This document shows, in pieces, positions 58,096 through 64,000 of a stretch of 64,000 bases of DNA. The stretch's first letter is position 1. Every line of letters begins with the position of its first letter. The notes beneath the pieces were generated by a model that worked only from the letters and a program-made list of their open reading frames with translations, did no database searches and had not been told where the DNA came from. The position numbers and the translations under genes are program-made. Source of the DNA: Candidatus Collierbacteria bacterium RIFOXYD2_FULL_45_13 (lineage in GTDB: Bacteria > Patescibacteriota > Microgenomatia > UBA1400 > MFAQ01); assembly GCA_001774685.1 (NCBI GenBank), contig MFAS01000001.1:1025252-1089251 (forward strand), written 5' to 3'.

Positions 58096-58554
58096 ATGTC
58101 CAAATCCACCGTGAACACCATTCTGTGGTTCTTGTTTTTGACCTTCGTCGGCTTTTTTAGTTATTCCATGACCAGAGTTCCCCGCCTGGAGTCCATCAGC
58201 GTCGGCCCTCACGATACCTACACTTGGTATAACGACTCCAAGTCTGTCCTCCAAAGTGACGGCACAACCCACGTCTATCTCAAATCCACCTCGGGCAACT
58301 TTTCCGTCTTTGACACCGATGATCTCTACGTTGCCTCAGGACTGCCGGATGAGATGTTGCCCGGTGAAACGGAACAAGCCTTCGTGGCTGACTTCCAGCT
58401 TACTGAAGGTAAAGCGTTCAACTTGTCGGACAGCCCTGTGGAAATCTACACTTTGGAGCCCGCCACCCTCACCTTCGAAAGTTTCCGTTATGGTTATGCC
58501 TGGATAGCGGTAATCTGCCTCCTTCTGCTTTTCTTCACCCTCGCGTTGCTTTAA
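58096..58554 (+). CDS. Small bitopic membrane protein (N-terminal and C-terminal TM, ~100-aa ectodomain), hypothetical
   Basis: RBS AAAGGAG. Hydrophobic N- and C-termini. Own terminator at 58577-58600. Confidence 0.55.
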   Translation: MSKSTVNTILWFLFLTFVGFFSYSMTRVPRLESISVGPHDTYTWYNDSKSVLQSDGTTHVYLKSTSGNFSVFDTDDLYVASGLPDEMLPGETEQAFVADFQLTEGKAFNLSDSPVEIYTLEPATLTFESFRYGYAWIAVICLLLLFFTLALL

Positions 58555-58576
58555 AATTACTACCATTCACTTTATT

Positions 58577-58600
58577 CACTCCGGCTCACGCCGGAGTTTT
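58577..58600 (+). terminator. Terminator hairpin ACTCCGGCTCACGCCGGAGTTTTT (copy 1 of 3 identical)
   Basis: Identical hairpin + T-run at 59196-59217 and 60210-60233. Confidence 0.75.
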
Positions 58601-58674
58601 TATTGTACGCCGCATCTCCAGTTGACCACGTGTGTTATAATATCCTAGAACATTTACACCTGGAGGTCAACATT

Positions 58675-59169
58675 ATGCCAAAAGCTTCGAAGTTTCTGAA
58701 TTTTTTACTTGCCATTGCCTGGATTACCGCCTGGGGAGTGGCCACTTATGGTGCCACCGTTCTGGCAGAAAAGCCTGTCTACAAAGACTTTTCCCTGACT
58801 CCACATCAGAATCTTTCCTGGAACCAAGGAGTTGAGATGAAGGTCAAGGCAGGATCCAGCCTGATCGTCAGGGCGGAAGGTGCCAACTTCACCATCGTCG
58901 AGCATAGTTCAGGCCTCTACACCTGCACTGGCACACCTGTCGAAATGACCGCAAGCGACGAGTTCCAGCCATTCGAATGTATTCTGGAGCCTTCCGTCGA
59001 CACTACCTACCGACTCAGCGATGGTTTCGCGACAGTCTATACGACATCCCAGGCAAACCTCGAGGTTGAACAACCAACCTCCATTGGCTGGATCATCCTA
59101 ATCTGTTTCCTAGGAGCCATATTCGGAACATCGATTATCGTTTCCCTGATATACTTTCTCGGTCTGTGA
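58675..59169 (+). CDS. Small bitopic membrane protein, same architecture as the preceding gene (ATG 58675 preferred over the track start 58603)
   Basis: GGAGG RBS then ATG. N- and C-terminal TM with a Cys-containing ectodomain. Terminator at 59196-59217. Confidence 0.55.
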   Translation: MPKASKFLNFLLAIAWITAWGVATYGATVLAEKPVYKDFSLTPHQNLSWNQGVEMKVKAGSSLIVRAEGANFTIVEHSSGLYTCTGTPVEMTASDEFQPFECILEPSVDTTYRLSDGFATVYTTSQANLEVEQPTSIGWIILICFLGAIFGTSIIVSLIYFLGL

Positions 59170-59195
59170 TATCAAAAGCTACACACTCCGGCTCA

Positions 59196-59217
59196 CGCCG
59201 GAGTTTTTTAGTCTTAT
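59196..59217 (+). terminator. Terminator hairpin CTCCGGCTCACGCCGGAG + T-run (copy 2)
   Basis: Exact repeat. Confidence 0.75.
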
Positions 59218-59260
59218 AGCGTGATAAAATATCCAGATATCTTCATTCTTAGGAGGTACT

Positions 59261-59725
59261 TTGAACAACAAACTAACCTTGGCCATCATTCTGTGGTTTT
59301 GCCTGTGGGTTCCACTGACCATCCTCTTGGTAACCCTAAACCCGGAAACCCCGGTTATTGTGGAAATTCTCTTTCTTCTGGTGGCTATGGTGCTGGCTTC
59401 CCCTGTCGCCATCTTCCTCACCAAACTTCTGACAAGCCATACCCGCACACACATAATCAAAACTGGGCTGTCTCCCGTTGAGGGGTCTTTCACCAGTCCC
59501 TCCGTTGGGCTTCCACCGAAGACCACCGTGCAGTATCGCCACGCAGCCAAGTCTCCGGAGGTTACTGTCTACCAAGAGAATGGGCGGTATGTCGGTTACG
59601 AAATCGACTTTGGTAATGGCATTATCGGTTGCATCCGTGGCCGGCAGATCATCCGTCTTACCCGCGGAAACCTTTCAGTCAAAGTTACCGGACCAGGCGG
59701 AACCCAATCCGTCAACTGGAAATAG
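59261..59725 (+). CDS. Small membrane protein (2 N-terminal TM + soluble C-domain), hypothetical (TTG start with AGGAGG RBS)
   Basis: ORF with its own hairpin terminator at 59731-59758. Confidence 0.5.
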   Translation: MNNKLTLAIILWFCLWVPLTILLVTLNPETPVIVEILFLLVAMVLASPVAIFLTKLLTSHTRTHIIKTGLSPVEGSFTSPSVGLPPKTTVQYRHAAKSPEVTVYQENGRYVGYEIDFGNGIIGCIRGRQIIRLTRGNLSVKVTGPGGTQSVNWK

Positions 59726-59730
59726 CTTCC

Positions 59731-59758
59731 ACACCCCTCTACCAGAGGGGCTTTTTTG
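59731..59758 (+). terminator. Rho-independent terminator
   Basis: CCCCTCTACCAGAGGGG + CTTTTTT. Confidence 0.65.
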
Positions 59759-59844
59759 CTCCATTCGACCCCTAAAGATGCACAAAGCTGTGGCAAATCG
59801 TACTCTTATAAGCTATAATATCTTCAGTCAGAACATTAAAACAT

Positions 59845-60185
59845 CTGGAGGCACCATGCTGGGTCATACCTTTATGTCTTTTTTGATCAACGGAGTCTTA
59901 TTGCTGCTCATCGGGCTCGCTGTCCACGCTGTTAGCTATTTTTTCTTTACCAAGCCCGTTGTAAGCTGGAAAGCGGTCATCACCTTCGCTCTCCTATCCG
60001 CTTTTACTTATGCCTTCCCTATTTTGGGCTATATCTTCAGCATCCTGGTAGCAATTTACCTAATTTGGCGGGAAGACAATCTCTACCGGCTTGGAGCGAT
60101 TGCCTTTTTGGTGGCTCTCCTCCTCACTGCTATCTCGCTCTTCATTGGTGGCCACCTCATGCTCGTAATCCCGGTTCGCTTCTAA
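59845..60185 (+). CDS. Small polytopic membrane protein (113 aa)
   Basis: GGAGG RBS + ATG at 59845. The track's longer ORF from 59478 overlaps the previous gene out of frame and is rejected. Terminator at 60210-60233. Confidence 0.5.
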
Positions 60186-60209
60186 CTTGGTTTTCTACTC
60201 ACCCCACTC

Positions 60210-60233
60210 CGGCTCACGCCGGAGTTTTTTTGC
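60210..60233 (+). terminator. Terminator hairpin CTCCGGCTCACGCCGGAG + T-run (copy 3; the A-run on the minus side faces the 5S rRNA 3' end)
   Basis: Exact repeat. Confidence 0.7.
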
Positions 60234-60257
60234 TACAAAAAGCCCCACCCTAAGGTG

Positions 60258-60390
60258 AGGCACTTTGTAGCCCGGCGATGATCTACTTTCGCAACCAATT
60301 GCTCAGCCACTATCATCGACGCTGGCCCGTTTCACTTCTCTGTTCGAAATGGGAAGAGGTGGTTCCAAGCCGCACAAATCACCGGACAGA
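60258..60390 (-). rRNA. rrf: 5S ribosomal RNA
   Basis: The reverse complement reads TCTGTCCGGTGATTTGTGCGGCTTGGAACCACCTCTTCCCATTTCGAACAGAGAAGTGAAACGGGCCAGCGTCGATGATAGTGG..., which aligns with bacterial 5S (…CCCATGCCGAACTCAGAAGTGAAAC…). Confidence 0.85.
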
Positions 60391-60467
60391 AAAATATTCC
60401 GCAGATTCAACCTGTGTTGAGCCAGCCGAAACACTTTTCTGCCTTGTGATCATCAATCACTCAATAT

Positions 60468-60495
60468 TTTGAGTTTTTGATTTTTTGTGTTTTTT
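60468..60495. repeat. GAGTTTTT-like tandem repeat in the 23S-5S spacer
   Basis: TTTTGAGTTTTTGATTTTTTGTGTTTTTT. Confidence 0.5.
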
Positions 60496-60868
60496 ACTTT
60501 TTAAGGAGTTGATATTCCCTGAATAGTGAATAGATTTGCAAAAAGATAGCACGAGAATTTTTGATTTACTCTTTGAACATTAGTACAGATAACCTAAACA
60601 ACTTACGTTGCTTACAGCTTCTGCCTATCAACCTAGTAGTCTACTAGGGTTCTTTCGCCCCTCACGGGGCATGGATTTCTCATCTTGGGAATGGCTTCTC
60701 GCTTAGATGCATTCAGCGATTATCCAATACCATTGTGGCTACCCAGCAATGCGTCTGACGACAACAACTGGCACACCAGGGAATGGCTCACCTTGGTCCT
60801 CTCGTACTGAAGGCAAACTCCCTCAAAAATCCCACGCTGACAGCGGATAGAGACCAACCTGTCTTACG

Positions 60869-61579
60869 CATGTATTCCCCCTATTACTAAGGGCATGGAC
60901 TATATCACCTTCCGATTCCTCGGAAGACCGACGTATTATGGAATAAATTCCATCTACTGATTTAGCAAATCAATAAGTCTCTACGGGGTTACAGATCTTG
61001 AATTTCTTCCAAATGGTGCTTTACCATTTGTGAGTCTACGGTTCTTTTTCTTGAATAATTTAGATTTCGGAATTCATCAATCAACTCTGCTACAGATATA
61101 AAATCCTGCTTTGTTTTGATTCCCTCCATCTTATCCAAGATCAATAGCATTAGTTGTGCTTGTTTCACTTTTAATATTAAAAACTTCATGACTTTAGAGA
61201 GCAATGCCCTGATCGATTTCTTATCAGAAACTATTAGCTCCACCATGCCGTCTTTTCGATATCTCAAATGACCCAAGTTTAATTTTTCATATATTTCCGG
61301 TAATCCTTTTTCTCCATTGTCTTTTTGATAAAAGACAACCGAGGGTGATATCTGAAAGTCATATTTATAAGTTGAGTTTTGCTTCAACTGGACATAAATA
61401 CTTCCATCAGCATCCAGAAAACCAGCGATATATGACCAAAAAATGCTTTTAACCATAGACAAAAAGATTTGAACTTCCCTCGGTATTATCCTAGCACACG
61501 ACAGATTGATTGTGTATTAGGACTTCACCGATATAAGTCAGTTTTGCAAATTGGATTACTCCAATGGGCCGCCAATTTG
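60869..61579 (-). mobile_element. Probable group I intron in 23S rRNA at the I-CreI-type site (between ...GGGTTCAAACCGTC and GTAAGACAGGTTGG..., E. coli ~2593), encoding a LAGLIDADG homing endonuclease
   Basis: Conserved 23S sequence is interrupted by ~710 nt. The interruption contains the ORF 60989..61462. Boundaries are approximate, within a few nt. Confidence 0.7.
60989..61462 (-). CDS. LAGLIDADG-family homing endonuclease (intron-encoded)
   Basis: N-terminal SYIAGFLDADGSIYVQLKQN is a single LAGLIDADG motif. 157 aa, and the ORF lies inside the rRNA insertion. Confidence 0.75.
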   Translation of the reverse strand: MSMVKSIFWSYIAGFLDADGSIYVQLKQNSTYKYDFQISPSVVFYQKDNGEKGLPEIYEKLNLGHLRYRKDGMVELIVSDKKSIRALLSKVMKFLILKVKQAQLMLLILDKMEGIKTKQDFISVAELIDEFRNLNYSRKRTVDSQMVKHHLEEIQDL

Positions 61580-61623
61580 ACGGTTTGAACCCAGCTCACG
61601 TAGCGCTTTAATGGGCGAACAGA

Positions 61624-61658
<35 letters not shown>

Positions 61659-61669
61659 CTGAGCCGACC

Positions 61670-61963
61670 AAAATATATATGAAATTACATATGTATTGTG
61701 CTCTCCAATCTATTACTAGTGGTTTGGACTATATCTTTCGTAAAAATAACTTTTTTTATTTCACTCGTTATTTTTTCTTATTGGCGTTTTATATCTTTTT
61801 CAAAAAAAGATATCTCATCTCATACCTAAACGGTACTTGAATCAGTCTCTACGGGGTCAATCCTTTCGGACGACTTCCCACGATGTTAACCTTAAGTGTT
61901 CATTTCAAGGCCTTCTTCGTTATAAGCCAAATTTATTTCCTCGACATGTTTGGGTCATTGTCT
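61670..61963 (-). mobile_element. ORF-less ~294-nt insertion in the 23S rRNA peptidyl-transferase region (between ...GGTTCGCTACCTCGAT and GGTCGGCTCAGCGCATCCTGG; E. coli ~2500); probable small group I intron
   Basis: Flanking exon sequences are contiguous in E. coli 23S. The insertion is AT-rich and shares the motif ACCCCGTAGAGACT with the other intron. Confidence 0.5.
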
Positions 61964-62381
61964 ATCGAGGTAGCGAACCGCACCGTCGCTGTGGACGCTC
62001 AGGTGCGACTACTCTGTTATCCCCGGGGTAGCTTTTATCCGTTAAGCCCGGCACCTCCCACGAAGTGCACGAGGATCACTTAGACCTACTTTCGTATCTG
62101 ATCGACTTGTATGTCTCACAGTTAAGCACCCATATACCTATGCGCTTACACTCCGATTTCCATCCGGAGAAAGGGTACCTTTGTGCGCTTGCGTTACTCT
62201 TTAGCAAGCAACCTCCCCAGTTAAACTACCCACCAGACAGTGTTCCCTCCAAAGTTTGCATTTGGATTAGGTTAGAAACGTACGTCGCAAAGAGAGGTAT
62301 TTCATTGTCGCGCCCTCAATAAATTGAAAACGCTCCCTCCTATGCTAAACAGTTACAGCATACATTTCAGTGCCAAGTTGT

Positions 62382-62415
<34 letters not shown>

Positions 62416-62487
62416 CAGTAGGCCGCATCTTCACAGCCATTTCAAATTCGCCGAGTCTCTTCTCAAGACAGTTATAAAGTCGTTTCA

Positions 62488-62532
<45 letters not shown>

Positions 62533-64000
62533 ATAGAACAGTTATAGTTACTGCTGCCGTTCACCGGGGCTTCAATTGCAGGCTATCATTCTTGCGAATG
62601 GTCACCCACGCATTTAACCTTCCGGCACTGGGCAGGTTTCAGCCTGTATACCTAAGCTTTCGCTTTTGCACAGACCTGTGTTTTTGTTAAACAGCCGCTT
62701 TATACTCTTTTGTTGTAGCCCAGATTTCAACCTGGGCAAGGCATCTCGTAGAACTTACGCCTAGCTAATTTGCCGAGTTCCTTAAGAAGAGTTCTCTCGC
62801 TATCCTTGGTCTACTCGACCAGAGCACCTGTGTCGGTTTGTGGTACGGATTATTTGCACTCTCACTGCGACGCTTTTCTCGGAAACTGAAGTCATCCATC
62901 TTGCCCACCTTACGGCAGACTCGTATTCATAGCTCGTGTAAACGCCACTGCGGATTTGCCAACAGCGACTGACTTACTATTTAAGCGTATGTATCTTCAA
63001 CACACCGCTTGGACTATCCAACTTCGTCCCGCCCCAGTTAATAACGATTGCAAACAAGGACTGGAATATCAACCAGTAATCCATCGGCTACGCCATATAG
63101 GCCTCACCTAAGGGTCGCCTTACCCTACGTCGACGAACGTTGCGTAGGAAACCTTGCTCATTCGGATATAAAGATTCTCACTTTATTACGCTACTCATGC
63201 CGGCATTCTCACTTCTTGCTGCTCCAGAGAACCTTCCGGTTCGCCTTCAAAGCTACAAGAACGCTCCTCTACCAACCCGTATTGCTACGTGTTCCCAAAA
63301 TTCGGTAATATATTTAGCCTCGTTACGTCTTCAGTCGTGCATCTCTCGGCTAGTGAGCTGTTACGCTTTCTTTCAAGGATGGCTGCTTCTGAGCCGACCT
63401 CCTAGGTGTCTGAGAAATAACACGTCTTTTACCACTTAATATATATTTAGAGACCTTATTTGTGGGTCTGGGATGTTTCCCTTTCGCCCCCGGAGCTTAG
63501 CCCCCGGGTACTGACTCCCGCACAATTGATATGGGTATTCGGAGTTTGGTTGAAAATCACGATTTTATTCGTGAAGTTCATTCAGCACTCTACCCCCCAT
63601 ACCGTAAATGCGAGGCCATGCCAAAACATGTTTCGAGGAGAACCAGCTATCTCCAGGTTCGTTAGGCATATTACCTCTAACCACAAGTCATCCGATGATT
63701 TTGCGACATCAACCGGTTCGGGCTTCCAGTCAGATTTCTCTGACCTTCTCCCTGCTCATGGTTAGCTCACCTGGTTTCGGGTCTACACAACACAACTACA
63801 CGCCCTGTTAAGACTTGGTTTCCCTTCGGTTTCCCGGAACATATCGGTTAACCTTGCTGTGTTGAGTAACTCGCCGGCTCATTCTTCAATAGGCACGCCG
63901 TCACCCACGACTTATTAGGTCGGGGCTCCGACTGTTTGTTAGCAATCAGTTTCAGGATCTTTTAATAGGGCTACTCACCCTTCTTTTCACCTTTCCCTCG

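Noticed and set aside
59478-59845. 5' extension of the track ORF 59478..60185
   Set aside because: It overlaps the preceding gene (59261..59725) out of frame and crosses its terminator hairpin. A GGAGG RBS + ATG at 59845 gives a sensible 113-aa membrane protein.
60278-60472. 64-aa ORF overlapping the 5S rRNA
   Set aside because: The sequence aligns to 5S rRNA on the opposite strand, so this is a spurious ORF.

Overview
This 64 kb window is AT-biased, densely coded and rich in small membrane proteins, consistent with a reduced-genome bacterium, probably Patescibacteria/CPR-like. That placement is inferred from gene content, a 23S rRNA interrupted by a LAGLIDADG intron, and divergent core genes. 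In order, the window holds: rho (partial), a sortase, LysM + L,D-transpeptidase, a GT2 + giant GT-C-like surface-glycosylation locus, radA, a CaCA antiporter, and a tightly coupled minus-strand operon. That operon reads: 1501-aa tail-fibre-like surface protein (C-terminal Peptidase_S74 chaperone domain) -> secreted ectodomain fused to an ATP-synthase subunit-c-like hairpin with no carboxylate -> divergent F1 alpha, gamma, beta and truncated epsilon, with no a/b/delta genes nearby. I consider this operon the strongest candidate for an undescribed system. Next is a ~17 kb copper/heavy-metal island: two P1B ATPases (one with an unusual ~330-aa C-terminal extension), a MerT-like protein, DUF305, DUF302, DUF1624, a YtkA-like protein, DsbA, two HMA chaperones, two DsbD_2-like membrane proteins with Cys/Met-rich C-terminal domains, and two truncated BlaR1-like M56 peptidase + BlaI/CopY-like repressor pairs. 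An IS200-like/RAYT transposase sits among copies of a 23-bp palindrome, CCTGCAGGGCCTGGCCCTGCAGG. Two copies are inserted in frame inside the transposase gene and one inside a copA gene, where it encodes PAGPGPAG. The window closes with a HIT protein, an ArgRS-like protein, rpsA, a string of small bitopic membrane-protein genes that reuse one terminator hairpin, then 5S rRNA and 23S rRNA (minus strand). The 23S gene carries a LAGLIDADG intron at the I-CreI-type site and a second ORF-less insertion in the peptidyl-transferase region. Several other short repeat families occur, some embedded in frame in coding sequence. No CRISPR array or tRNA gene was recognised.
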